Origin: Malacoraja senta
Taxonomy: Eukaryota
Reading direction: 5' to 3'
Length of the DNA: 64,000 nucleotides
Assembly (NCBI GenBank): GCA_038087875.1
Contig: CM075997.1
Coordinates: 8,992,001-9,056,000, forward strand
The position numbers and the translations under genes were made by a program. Each line of letters begins with the position of its first letter. Within the stretch, counting starts at the first letter, position 1. Shown here in pieces: positions 26,269 to 37,960 of the stretch. A model generated the notes under the pieces. The model was not told the origin of the DNA, made no database searches, and worked only from the letters and a program-made list of their open reading frames with translations.

Positions 26269-26919
26269 AAACATCGCTGTAGATAAATTCGGTGGACAGT
26301 GACCACATTTAGTTTTGAGACCAGCATAATGACAACAGTTTATGTCTCTGCTTTTACAGAATTAGCAGTGAAAACACCGTAGCAATGATGGAGAATTACT
26401 CCCGAAACTTGACTATGTAAAGGCGAGCATTAATTGGACTAATTCCTTCCACTTTCCGAAGATCATCCCGCAGTTACAATTATTAAATGGCATTGCATGA
26501 TTTTGTCACCCAGTATTAGGAAATATATTATTTGTCTGGAAAAGGTATAGAGAAGGTTTATGCACTGCGTATTTTAACAAGAGTAGGGGAATAACGAACC
26601 AGTTTGTGGGGGGGGAGGGGTGGAGATTTGTTTTAGGGAAACTGAGCGACAACCTTTTCAAACAAAGGGTGATGGGTAAATGCAAGGAACTGCTAGAGGA
26701 AGTAGTTGAGGCATGTACTGCCACAGCGCTTAAAATGAATTTGGACGTAAATTGATGGGCTGGGTGCAGAAGGATATGGTCCAATGCAGGCATATAGGAT
26801 TAGAGCACATGACGACGTGGGCATGCTGAACAGAAAGGCTTGTTTCACGCTCTATGACTCTATTTTAAATTACTAATTAAGTCGCCAGCAAGTCATTCCA
26901 TGATATAGATTAGTTTTGG

Positions 26920-28008
26920 TATACAGCATGGAAACAGGCTCTGCCGCTAATCGAGTCCACCGTAACCAATCAATTCACACTAGTTCTATTTTATTCCACT
27001 TTCAAATTCACTCACTAAATACTGGGGAGGGGGGGGGGGCTTTATTTACAGATGACAATTAACCCACAAACTCACCCGTCTTTTTGACGTGGTAAGAAAC
27101 CGAAACACCCGGTTCTAATAAGAGCGGTCGCATGGAGAACGAGGAAATTGCATGCAGACAGCACCCGACGTGCTGGTCGAAACCGCGATTACTGGCAATA
27201 TCACCATGTAACCATATAACCATTACAGCACGGAAACAGGCCATCTCGGCCCTTCAAGTCCGTGCCGAACATTTAAAAAAAAAAAAAATACTTCCCCCTA
27301 GTCCCATCTACCTGCACTCAGACCATAACCCTCCATTCTTTTCCCGTCCATATACCCATCCAATCTATTTTTAAAGGATAAAATCGAACCAGCCTCCACC
27401 ACTTCCACTGGAAGCTCATTCCACACAGCTACCACTCTCTGAGTAAAGAAGTGCCCCCTAATGTTACCCCTAAACTTCTGTCCCTTAATTCTCAAGTCAT
27501 GTCCCCTTGTTTGAATCTTCCCTACTCTCAATGGAAAAAGCTTATCCACGTCAACTCTGTCTAACCCGCTCATAATTTTAAAGACCTCTATCAAGTCCCC
27601 TCTTAACCTTCTGCGCTCCAAAGAATAAAGACCTAACTTGTTCAACCTTTCTCTGTAACTTAGTTGCTGAAACCCAGGCAACATTCTAGTAAATCTCCTC
27701 TGTACTCTCTCTATTTTGTTGACATCCTTCCTATAATTAGGCGACCAAAATTGTACTCAATAATCCAGAATTGGCCTCACCAATGCCTTGTACAATTTTA
27801 ACATTACATCCCAACTTCTATATTCAATGCTCTGATTTATAAAGGCCAGCACCCGAAAAGCTTTCTTTACCACCCTATCTACATGAGATTCCACCTTCAG
27901 GGAACTATGCACAGTTATTCCTAGATCCCTCTGTTCAACTGCATTCCTCAATTCTCTACCATTTGCCATGTATGACTCAGCAACTCTGCCAGCTGTGTCA
28001 CCGTGCCA
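26920..28008 (-). mobile_element. tRNA-derived V-SINE (HE1-like), split by a CR1-B insertion
   Basis: The minus strand head TGGCACGGTGACACAGCTGGCAGAG (A box, 28008-27985) resumes as GGTTTCGACC (B box)...GGGTGCTGTCTG...TTCTCC at ~27195. It has a CR1-like 3' end (atacagcatggaaacagg). Confidence 0.7.
27201..27972 (-). mobile_element. CR1-B 3' fragment
   Basis: ORFs 27298..27684 and 27757..27969; aaccatataac tail. Confidence 0.92.
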
Positions 28009-28113
28009 CTCTCATCAGCCCAACTGTGAACACTTTTATATCACGACACCGCCTGATCACCAAGTTTACTGCCTGCTGGGATTTTTTTATGTGATTGGAG
28101 AAACGACAGAGAT

Positions 28114-28224
28114 TTAGACTATTTATTTGAAACATCAAACAAAAATATGCAGATATTTTTGAAACATCAACCAAGAGTTAGACTATTTATTTGAAACATC
28201 AAACAAAAATATGCAGATATTTTT
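28114..28224. repeat. Local ~47-bp duplication directly after the GPCR stop; each copy contains AATAAA on the minus strand
   Basis: ttagactatttatttgaaacatcaaacaaaaatatgcagatattttt occurs at ~28114-28160 and ~28178-28224. Confidence 0.85.
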
Positions 28225-28225
28225 G

Positions 28226-29124
28226 CTATTTACATAGATGCCCGTTTAACTTGAAAACGTACTTCACTCCATTTTTCAGCTCTTGCCTGAATTTCCGTTG
28301 TGTCAGTCCATAGATACACGTGTTGCTGCAGGTGCATAGAGCTTGTAATATGAATCCACATTGTTGCATGATATATGTTGGTGTCGTCAAATATTTGTAT
28401 GTGTAGAAGTAATTCACTGGTTGCCAGATCATGGAATGTATTACATAGGGCATCGACAGTAAGACAAAATTGGTTGACAGAGCAAATAATAAAATCATCG
28501 ATTTCTTCCGGTTCTTCAACTCTGAATCATTCTGACTCTCACTGTTACTCCGGAGCGCTTGGCGGACTCTATTTGCTGAAATAATGTTCCTGACCGTTAA
28601 GCCATTAAACAGTAGAATTAAACAAATTGGTAATAACGGTGTTAGGATACTATCAAAATACTCATATATTTGCCACATCAAAGAAGTGAAGAATTCAGGA
28701 ATTTGGACGCAACGCCAAGGTATATTCTCAATGATTACCAAAGGCTCCACTACAAAGTAAACAGGAATGCATCTTATACAGGCCAATGCCCCGACTGTTA
28801 CTATCACTACTGTAGCTGTTCTCTGGGTACAATATTTCTCGCGTATTCTTGGAGAACAAATCGCGATATAGCGATCAAACGTGAAAGCGACAGTGAACCA
28901 AACGGAGCAATCGATGCTTGCAATTTTGAACACAAGTGTCAGAGAACATACCGGGGTTATGAGCAGGAAATTAGCGAACATGTAAATATTATTAATCTGC
29001 TCCGCAATAATAGCAATTAGAACTACAATGAAATCGGCCGCTGCCATTGCCACAAGGTAGCGTGTTATACATTTGGAGAGACCGCATTTTCCACGGGAGA
29101 GGATCACGATCGCCACCAAATTAA
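28226..29124 (-). CDS. Class A GPCR, GPR139/GPR142-like (probable G-protein coupled receptor 139-like), exon 2 of 2; full CDS join(31072..31003,29124..28226) = 322 aa
   Basis: Acceptor TTTCCTTCTTTTTGCAG|TT AAT TTG GTG. Phase-1 splicing gives GII-V-NLVAIVILSRGKCGLSKCITRYLVAMAAADF. Contains AFTFDRYIAIC (DRY) and TM7 CSNTCIYGLTQRKFR. 70+899 = 969 nt with no internal stop. Confidence 0.93.
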
Positions 29125-29920
29125 CTGCAAAAAGAAGGAAAGCAAATGATTAAATCGTTTTATGTGGTGTTACCTCAGCCAACAAATAATCACCTTCACA
29201 TCGACTCCAGCCTTACCGTCTGCACCTCCCCATACTCCCGGCAACTGACATATTTGTCTATTTCCAGTGCGGATGAAGAGCTTTGGAGCTCAAATATTAA
29301 AACTGCTTCCCTTTGAACTCTCACTCTCCGATACGCAGTGTTTTTAAACTTCATGCTGTTATTTCACACGGATACCATGTGCAATTCTTACGTTTGCGTT
29401 GATTATATGATAGGTTGCCTCAAATCATGGGGAAGCTTGGGTCCAAATTGGGGATCAACTGGAATTGGCCAATTTCTCCAATTTGGTGCCCATGCACCGT
29501 CGTAATTTTGTCCATGTCCAGTCGAACTCCACAGTATAGCTTTTTTTCAGAAAACAAATACTGTTTCGTTAGAGCAGTTCAGGCTTTAATACGATCATTA
29601 TGGTCTCACAGAATGGATAATTCTGTAATGTGGCCGATACCAATCAAAGGCGTTCCTAATCCCACAGTGCAAGCAGCGCATTAAATTTGCTTGGATTCCG
29701 ATTCCGAGCGAGGCTGGGCCACCAAACTCCGTATACCAGTTTATGGAGACATTCTGGACGTTGTTACACGGACATGCGTACTTTGGGTTTTTATATACAG
29801 GAATCTGTAAACATCTCGAAAGTATTTAAAAGCTGCAAAAGCGGCATAAAATACTGCAATTTTCTGTTTAAAAAACAATTTTTGTCTTTTGATTTGAAAA
29901 CTCCAATGTCATATAACGAT

Positions 29921-30818
29921 ATAACCATATAACCATATAACAATTACAGCACGGAAAACAGGCCATCTCGGCCTTTCAAGTCCGTGCCGAACACCTAGTC
30001 CCATCTACCTGCACTCAGACCATAACCCTCCATTCCTTTCCCGTCCATATACCTATCCAATTTATATTTAAATGATAAAATCGAACCAGCCTCCACCATA
30101 TAACCATAACAGCACGGAAACAGGCCATCTCGGTCCTTCAAGTCCGCGCCGAACGCTTTTTTAAAAATTTATACTTCCCCCTAGTCCCATCTACCTGCAC
30201 TCAGACCATAACCCTCCATTCCTTTTCCGTCCATATACCCATCCAATCTATTTTTAAAGGATAACATCGAACCTGCCTCCACCACTTCCATTGGAAGCTC
30301 ATTCCACACAGCTACCACTCTCTGAGTAAAGAAGTTCCCCCTCATGTCACCCCTAAACTTCTGTCCCTTAATTCTCAAGTCATGTCCTCTTGTTTGAATC
30401 TTCCCTACTCTCAATGGGAAAAGCTTATCCACGTCAACTCTATCCCTCTCATCATTTTAAAGACCTCTATCAAGTCCCCCTTCTGCAGTCCAAAGAATAA
30501 AGACCTAACTTGTTCAACCTTTCTCTGTAACTTAGTTGCTGAAACCCAGGCAACATTCTAGTAAATCTCTTCTATTTTGGTGACATCCTTCCTATAATTA
30601 GGCGACCAAAACTGTGCACCATACTCCAGAATTGGCCTCACCAATGCCTTGTACAATTTTAACATTACATCCCAACTTCTATACTCAATGCTCTGGTTTA
30701 TAAAGGCCAGCACACCAAAAGCTTTCTTTACCACCCTATCTACACGAGATTTCACCTTCAGGGAACTATGCACAGTTATTCCTAGATCCCTCTGTTCAAC
30801 TGCATTCCACAATTCGCA
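29921..30818 (-). mobile_element. Stacked CR1-B 3' fragments inside the GPCR intron
   Basis: Two tails (29921 and ~30096) and ORFs 30181..30432 and 30558..30812. Confidence 0.88.
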
Positions 30819-31002
30819 ATATCAATAACACAAACTCACAATCCAGAGATTAAGCAAACATAGATGGCAGCAACAGTTTAAATTGTGATTAACTGAAATG
30901 GACATTTGAAAATGACATTTGGAAAACAAAGATCTCGAACTGCAGTAAATATCTTAGTTAACAAAAAGACCGTCGAAAATTTAGCAGATCAGGCTCCTTT
31001 AC

Positions 31003-31072
31003 CAATGATACCAACAGCTGCGAGTACAGGGTAAAAAATGCTCGCTATGTAGTAAATTGCAGGATATGGCAT
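31003..31072 (-). CDS. GPR139-like GPCR exon 1 (MPYPAIYYIASIFYPVLAAVGII-G)
   Basis: ATG at 31072; donor ATTG|GTAAAG at 31002. Encodes a short N-terminus and the start of TM1, in frame with exon 2. Confidence 0.9.
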
Positions 31073-31145
31073 TTTCTGTGAGGAGCTGCGATCAGCTATT
31101 TTAGACTTTCCAACTACGCCCTGAGCATGTGATTGTTTTAAGAAG

Positions 31146-31184
31146 TATTTATACAAGAAATAACGTCTCCACTGGATCAATTAG
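31146..31184 (-). promoter_or_regulatory. Putative promoter of GPCR 1: TATAAATA box plus upstream CTAATTGATCCAGTGGAG motif
   Basis: TATAAATA at 31153-31146. The motif at 31184-31167 is conserved at nearly the same spacing upstream of the paralog (60146-60163). Confidence 0.6.
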
Positions 31185-31539
31185 CGGGTGCGCCTCCGAA
31201 TGCGAATGACCACCGACCCATTAAACAAACACTTACAGTAAACTATATTTACTCATGTGCCGTTTTGCAATGCATTTCATTTCTCTAGGGATATTACAAA
31301 TACTTGTTTTGTTCAAATTTAGCGAAGAAAAAATTGAACGTTTGTTTCCCGAAAGGTGTATTGGGCTGTTTGAAGTTAACTTTTCTTGAAATCAATATTA
31401 TTTAGACAATCGTATCCTAATCCGTATAATTTCTTGGAGTAGTCGCAGCATATGCAAACAGGAAACGGTGCAATCTTGGCGGCTAAAATGAGGGTCCTAA
31501 CTTATCAGGCGGGGACGATTACGGTCACAGATTCATAGA

Positions 31540-32482
31540 GTCAGGGGTCGTACAGATTCGCAACAGGCCCTTCGGCCCAACCTGCCCACACCGGCCAACA
31601 TGTCCCAGCTCTGCTAGACCCACCTTCGTACGTTTGGATGATATCCTTCCAAAGCTGTCGCATCCACGTACCTTTCTAATGGTTTCTTAAACGTTGCGAT
31701 AGTCCGCTGGACTGTGACACCTGGAGCTCGCGGGTCCGGTGTAGACCGCTTTCGGAGCTCCCGCAACGCTGTATTGTATTGTATTGTCCTTACCTCAATT
31801 AACTCCTCTGGCAGCTGGTTCTATAAACTATGTGTGGAAAAGTTACTGCTGATATTCATATTAAATCTGTCCCTATTTTCCGTAAACCTATGTACTCTGG
31901 CCCACGATTCCTCTACTCAGGGCAAGAGTGTGCATTTTTACTTGATCTCTTCCATGCATGATTTTATGCACCTGTATAATATCACCTCTCATCCTCCTGC
32001 GTTCCAAGGAAAAGAGTCCCAACCTACTCAACCGCTCGATATAGCTCAGACCACCAGTCCTGGGAACATTCTCGTAAACCTCCTCTGTACCATTTCCAGC
32101 TTCAAAGCATATTTCATATAACATGATGCCCAGAACTGAACATAATACTCTAAATGCGGCGTCACAAATATCTTATATCACTGCAACATGACCTCTCAAC
32201 TCAATACTATGATTGATCAAGGCCACGTGCGAAATGCATTTTCGACCACCCTAACTGCTCGCCACCTTCAAGAAATCAAGTACCTGCACGCCCTATGCTG
32301 TGTAACGTTACCCATTCACTGCGTAGATCCTGCCCAATTTAGAATTCCCAAAATAAAACACCTCACATTTATGTGTATTAATGTCTATCACCCATTCCTC
32401 AACCCAATGCGAGAGCCGATCAAGATCATGCTACAATTTCTCACAACTATCTTCACTATCTCATGTACCACCCACGTTTGGA
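31540..32482 (-). mobile_element. Older CR1 3' fragment with a ~85-bp insert ending in (GTATT)n at ~31705-31785
   Basis: ORF 31888..32124 (LSYIERLSRLGLFSLERRRMRGD); gtcc flanks the insert. Confidence 0.75.
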
Positions 32483-32484
32483 TC

Positions 32485-33645
32485 ATAGAAACATAGATAG
32501 AAACATAGAAAACAGGTGCAGGATGAGGCCAATCGGCCCTTCGAGCCAGCACCGCAATTCATTGTGATCATGGCTGATCGTCCCCTATCAATAACCCATG
32601 TCTGCCTTCTACCCATATCCCTTGACTCCACTAGCCCCTAGAGCTCTATCTAACTCTCTCTTAAATCCATCCAGTGACTTGGACTCCACTGCCCTCTGTG
32701 ACATGGAATTCCATAAATTCACAACTCTCTGCTGAAGAAGTTTTTTCTCACCTCAGTCTTAAATGACCTTCTCCTTATGCTAAGACTGTGGCACCTTGTT
32801 CAGGACTCGCCCAACATTGGGAACTAGCCCAACATCGTGCATCTATCTTGTCCAGTCTTTTTATAATTTTATATGTTTCTATAAGAAACCCTCTCATCCT
32901 TCTAAATTCCAGTGAATACAAGCCTAGCCTTTTCAAACTTTCCTCGTATGACAGTCCCGCCATCCCAACGATAAATTTCGTGAACCTGCGCTGCACTGCC
33001 TCTAACACAGGGATGTCCTTCCTCAAATTAGGAGATCAAAACTGTACACAATACTCGAGATGTGGTCTCACCAGAACCCTATACAACTGAAGAAGAACCT
33101 CTTTACTCCTATACTGAAATCCTCTTGTTATGAAGGCCAACATTCCATTAGCTTTCTTCACTGCCTGCTGTACCTGTAAGCCAATTTTCAGTGACCAGTG
33201 TACAAGAACGACTAGATCTCGCTGCACCTCCCCCTTCCCTATCCTCACCCCATTGAGATAATAATCTGCCCCCTTGTTTTTGCCGCCAAAGTGGATAACC
33301 TCACATTTATCTATATTATACCGCATCTGCCACCCATCTGCCCACTCACTCAACCTCCCAACATCCTCTTCACAGTTCACACTGCCACCCAGCTGTGTGT
33401 CATCCGCAAACTTGCTAGCGTTGCTCCTAATTCCCTCTTCCAAATCATTAATATATAAGGTAAACGGTTCCCGCCACAACACCGAGCCTTGCGGCACTCC
33501 AATCGCCACTGCCTGCCATTCTGAAAAGGACACGTTCACTCTTACTCTTTGCTTCCGGTCTGCCAACCCATTTTCTATCCATGTCAACATCCTACCCCCA
33601 ATACCATGTGCTCTAATTTTAGTCACCAGTCTCCCGTGCGGGACC
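32485..33645 (-). mobile_element. CR1-C 3' half with tail
   Basis: catagaaacatag tail; ORFs 33036..33626 (FADD) and 32775..33026. Confidence 0.92.
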
Positions 33646-33654
33646 TAGGCTAAG

Positions 33655-34302
33655 TCCAATGAACCAGATATGATAAAGAGAACTCGAGGTAAAGTAAACG
33701 CTTGGAGGTAGTGATCATAATATGATTTGATTTAATCTGTAATTTGAGAAGGTGAACGTTAAATCGGAAGTGGCAGTGATGCAGTTGAACAAAGGGGACT
33801 ATGAAGGCATGAGAGGGGAGCTGGCCAAAGTAGACTGGAAAGGGATCCTAGCTGCAATGACGGTGGAACAGCAATGGCAGGAATTTCTGGGCAAAATCCG
33901 GAAAACGCACGATCATTTCATTCCAAAAAAAAAGAAATATTCTCAGGGGAGTAGGAGGCAACCGTGGATGACAAGAGAAGTTAGGGATAGAATAAAACTA
34001 AAAGAAAAGATTTATAACACAGCATAGAATAGCCGAAACCAGAATATTGGGAAACTTTAATAGGACAACAGAATGAAACAAAACGGGCAATACGTGCTGA
34101 AAAGATGAAGTACGAGGGGAAGCTGGCCAGGAATATAAAGAAGGACAGTAAAAGCTTATATGATATGTTAAGGGAAAAAGAGTAGCAAAGTCAAATGTGG
34201 GTCCCTTGATGGCAGACACGGGTGAAATTATTGTGGGCAACAAGGAAATGACAGAAGAGTTGGATAGATACTTCGGATCTGTCTTCACTAAGGAAGGCAC
34301 AA
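33655..34302 (+). mobile_element. CR1-C ORF2 upstream segment, inverted relative to 32485-33645
   Basis: ORF 33752..34027 (NKGDYEGMRGELAKVDW) through FTKE. Confidence 0.88.
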
Positions 34303-34412
34303 GTCTCTGCAAGATGGAGGAAGCGAGAGGTTCACGTCTCTCTGGGCTCTGAATAACACTGAACACATGACTATGTGCCCTTAATGTGGTTTGAAAATGA
34401 AAATATGGTTGG

Positions 34413-35257
34413 TTTTAAGTAAAAAGGCAGTGCAAATGGTTGTTTGGAGGGGTTTGGGTTGAAGTAAAAAGGCAGTGCAAATGGTTGTTTGGGGTTTTTT
34501 GGGTTGAAGTGAAAAGGCAGTGCAAATGGTTGTTTGGGGGGGTTGGGTTGAAGTAAAAAGGCAGTGCAAATGGTTGTTTGGGGGAAGTTTGGGTTGAAGT
34601 AAAACGGCAGTGCAAATGGTTGTTTGGGGGGGTTTGGGTTGAAGTTAAAAGGCAGTGCAAATGGTTGTTTGGGGTTTGGGTTGAAGTAAAAATGCAGTGC
34701 AAATGGTTGTTTGGGGGAGTCTGGTGTTGAAGTAAAAAGGCAGTGCAAATGGTTGTTTGGGGGTTTTTGGGGGGAAAGTAAAAAGGCAGTGCAAATGGTT
34801 GTTTGGGGGGTTTGGGGTTGAATTAAAAAGGCAGTGCAAATGTTTATTTGTTTTTTTTGAGTTGAAGTAAAAAGGCAGTGCAAATGGTTGTTTGGGGGGG
34901 TTGGGTTGAAGTAAAAAGGCAGTGCAAATGATTGTCTGGGGGTTTTGGGGTTGAAGTAAGAAGGCAGTGCACATGGTTGTTTGGGGGGTTTTGGGTTGAA
35001 GTCAAATGGCAGTGCAAATGGTTGTTTGGGGGTTGTTGGGTTGAAGTACGAAGGCAGTGCAAATGGTTGTTTGTGGGGTTTTGGATCGAAGTAAAAAGGC
35101 AGTGCAAATGGTTGTTTGGGGGGGTTTTGGGTTGAAGTAAAAAGGCAGTGCAAATGGTTGTTTGGGGGGGGGTTGGGTTGAAGTAAAAAGGCAGTGCAAA
35201 TTGTTGTTTCGGGGCTATTGGGTTGAAGTAAAAAGGCAGTGCAAATGGTTGTTTGGC
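34413..35257. repeat. ~44-bp minisatellite, ~19 units (GGTTGAAGTAAAAAGGCAGTGCAAATGGTTGTTTGGGGGGGTTTG)
   Basis: Direct reading; constant core with a variable G/T run. Confidence 0.95.
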
Positions 35258-35644
35258 TAAACTTGATATCTTCCTGTTTGCACTACATTGATTTTTGACA
35301 AAACGCTACCACTTACAGCTGTGATTTTTGGCCATCTTACTCAGTCCCCGTCCGCTCCTCAGATGCAGAGTATTCTTCCCATCAACGAAAAATAAAAATG
35401 TTATTAGTGTTTTAAAAATGTTGAGAATCTCTCTTCTGTCAATCACGCCATGAAGGCCACACCTTTTCCAGTGGGAGGGGGATGGATTATAAAACCCGGA
35501 ATTGTGGGTGTAGCTCAGTCTCTGCATGATGGGGAGGGAGAGGGCACAACTCTGTCTGAGCAGTGAATCAACTGAACATACTGAATGTCTATTGAACAGT
35601 GAGTGTGGTGCTTTGTGTGCTTTTATGGTGGTTTTATGATGGTT

Positions 35645-36240
35645 TCACCCTGCTTGAAATGGTATGAAACTGCATTTGAATGTGGTGACCTTGCACCCTG
35701 CATGAAATGGTATGAAACTGCATGTGAATGTGGTGTCGTTGCACCCTGCATGAAATGGTATGAAACTGCATTTGAATGTGGTGTCGTTGCACCCTGCATG
35801 AAATGGTATTAAACTGCACTTGAATTTGGTGGCCTTGCACCCTGCTTGAAATGGTATGAAACAACACTTGAATTTGGTGGCCTTCCACCCTGCTTGAAGT
35901 GGTTGGAAACTCCACTTGAATTCGGTGGCCTTGCACTCTGCTTGATGTGGTAGGAAACTGCATTTGAATTTGGTGGCCTTGCACCCTCCTTGAAATGGTA
36001 TGAAACTGCACTTGAATTTTGTGGCCTTGCACCCTGCTTGAAGTGATAGGAAACTGAACCTGAATTTGGTGGCCTTGCACCCTGCTTGAAGTGATATGGA
36101 ACTGCACTTGAATTTTGTGGCCTTGCACCCTGCTCGAAGATGTAAGAAACTGCACTTGAATTTGATGGCCTTGCACCCTGCTTGAAATGGTAGGAAAATG
36201 GATTTGAATTTGGTGCCCTTGCACTCTGCTTGAAATGGAA
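35645..36240. repeat. 39-bp minisatellite, ~15 units (GCACCCTGCTTGAAATGGTATGAAACTGCACTTGAATTTGGTGGCCTT-like)
   Basis: Direct reading. Confidence 0.93.
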
Positions 36241-36540
36241 TTTTGACGGAATAGCCGTGAGTGAACTGCCAGCCCACCAGCCGTGAGTGAACTGCCAGCA
36301 CATCACGCTTGAGGGACTGTGCTGCCACCCCAATAATCCATTTGGCACACAATGTCCATACTAGCCCTCTGGAGACCAGTAGTCCCTGCAGCCAACAACA
36401 CCCACACCAGCACTCCAGAAAGCCCCCCCCCCCACCCCACTGGCCACCAATGTTGGAATTGGTGGAGAGGTGGAATATTGCGTTGGGGGACTAGCCCTCC
36501 CGTGTGAACATGGGACCCAACGGGTCCCACTTAGTCTAGT

Positions 36541-37151
36541 AATATAGGAAATGTGAGGTTATCCACTAACGCGGCAAAAACAAGGGGGAAGATTATTATC
36601 TCAATGGGTTAGGTTAGGTAAGGGAAAGGTACAGCGAGACCTGGGTGTCCTTGTACACCGGTCACTGAATGTTGGCGTACAGATACAGCAGGCAGTGAAG
36701 AAAGCTAATGGAATGCTGGCCTTCAAAACAAGAGGATTTCAGTATAGGAGTAAAGAGGTTCTTCTGTAGTTGTATAGGGCTCTGGTGAGGCCACATCTGG
36801 AGTATTGTGTACAGTTTTGATCTCCTAATTTGAGGAAGGACATCCTTGTGATTGAGGCAGTGCAGCGTAGGTTCTCGAGATTGATCCCTGGGATGACGGG
36901 ACTGTCACAAGAGGAAAGATTGAAAAGACTAGGCTTGTATTCACTGGAGTTTAGAAGAATGAGGGGCGATCATATAGAAACATATAAAATTATAAAAGGA
37001 CTGGACAAGATGCAGGAAAAATGTTCCCAATGTTGGGCGAGTCCAGAACCAGGGGCCACAGTCTTGGAATAAAGGGGAAGTCATTTAAGACTGAGGTGAG
37101 AAAAAACGTTTTCACCCAGAGAGTTGTGAATTTATGGAATTACCTGCCACA
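36541..37151 (+). mobile_element. CR1-C RT C-terminal fragment
   Basis: ORF 36830..37072 (RKDILVIEAVQRRF). Confidence 0.88.
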
Positions 37152-37227
37152 ATTTTAATATACAGAGATTGAGCAGTCAAATTGTAACAAAGAAAATCTG
37201 AGAAATTACCTCAAAAGTCATCATTCA

Positions 37228-37780
37228 CGGCAGGCCAAACAGCAAATCCAATCTCACCGCAATTCAAGCGGAGTGCAGGCCAGGCAGCAAATCTAATCTC
37301 ACAGCACTTGAAGCAGATTGCAGGGCGGGCAGCGAATTCAAACGCACAGCATTTCAAGCAGAGTGCAGAGGCGAGCAGCAACGCCAATCTCACAGCACTT
37401 CAAGCAGAGTCCAGGGCGAGCAGCAAATCCAATCGCACAGCACTTCAAGCAGAGTGCAGGCCGACCAGCAAAACCAATCCCACAGCACTTCAAGCAGAGT
37501 GCAGGGCGGGCAGCAAATCCAATATCACAGAACTTCAAGCAGAATGCAGGCGAGCAGCAAATCCAATCTCACAGCACTTCAAGCAGAGTGCAGGGCGGGC
37601 AGCAATTTCGATCTCACAGCACTTCAAGCAGAGGGCAGGCAGAAAATCCAATCACAGCACTTCAAGCTGTAGGCAGGCAGCAAATCCAATCTCACAGCAT
37701 TTCAAGCAGACGGCAGGCAGCAAATCCAATCTCACAGCACTTCAAACAGAGTGCAGGCAGCAAATCCAATCTCACAGCAC
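37228..37780. repeat. ~42-45-bp minisatellite (CAGCAAATCCAATCTCACAGCACTTCAAGCAGAGTGCAGGGCGGG)
   Basis: Direct reading. Its reverse complement shares TGCAC.CTGCTTGAA.TG with the 35645 array. Confidence 0.92.
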
Positions 37781-37960
37781 CATAGAAACATAGATAGAAA
37801 CATAGAAAATAGGTGCAGGAGGAGGCCATTAGGCCCTCCGAGCCAGCACCGCCATTCATTGTGATCATGGCTGATTAATAACCCGTGTCTGCCTTCTCCC
37901 CATATCCCTTGACTCCACTAGCCCCTAGAGCTCTATCTAACTCTCTCATAAATCCATCCA
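37781..37960 (-). mobile_element. CR1-C 3' tail fragment
   Basis: catagaaacatag...aggtgcaggaggaggccatt. Confidence 0.88.

Larger units (their letters stand above)
34303..36539 (+). mobile_element. Non-autonomous Helitron-like element carrying minisatellites (5' boundary uncertain)
   Basis: The 3' end TGGGACCC-AAC-GGGTCCCA hairpin, then CTTAGT-CTAG|T at 36511-36540, matches the Helitron hairpin+CTRR signature. Internal repeat 34303-34370 resembles 35520-35590. Confidence 0.6.

Noticed and set aside
29410..29920. Intronic segment beginning TAGGTTGCC, possible hAT-like MITE or conserved element
   Set aside because: No matching inverted terminus or TSD was found by eye.
30989..31180. 63-aa ORF suggesting a longer GPCR N-terminus
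   Set aside because: It starts at a non-ATG codon upstream of the TATA box. The paralog comparison supports the ATG at 31072.
34371..35257. Constant-core/variable-spacer array that superficially resembles CRISPR, plus 260-aa and shorter ORFs
   Set aside because: The spacers are short G/T slippage variants of each other, there are no cas genes and the context is vertebrate. The ORFs are translations of the repeat.
35634..37793. Repetitive ORFs of 155-235 aa (CKATKF, QHFKQS, TALQAE)
   Set aside because: Open frames arise from 39-45-bp tandem units; no start context or splice support.
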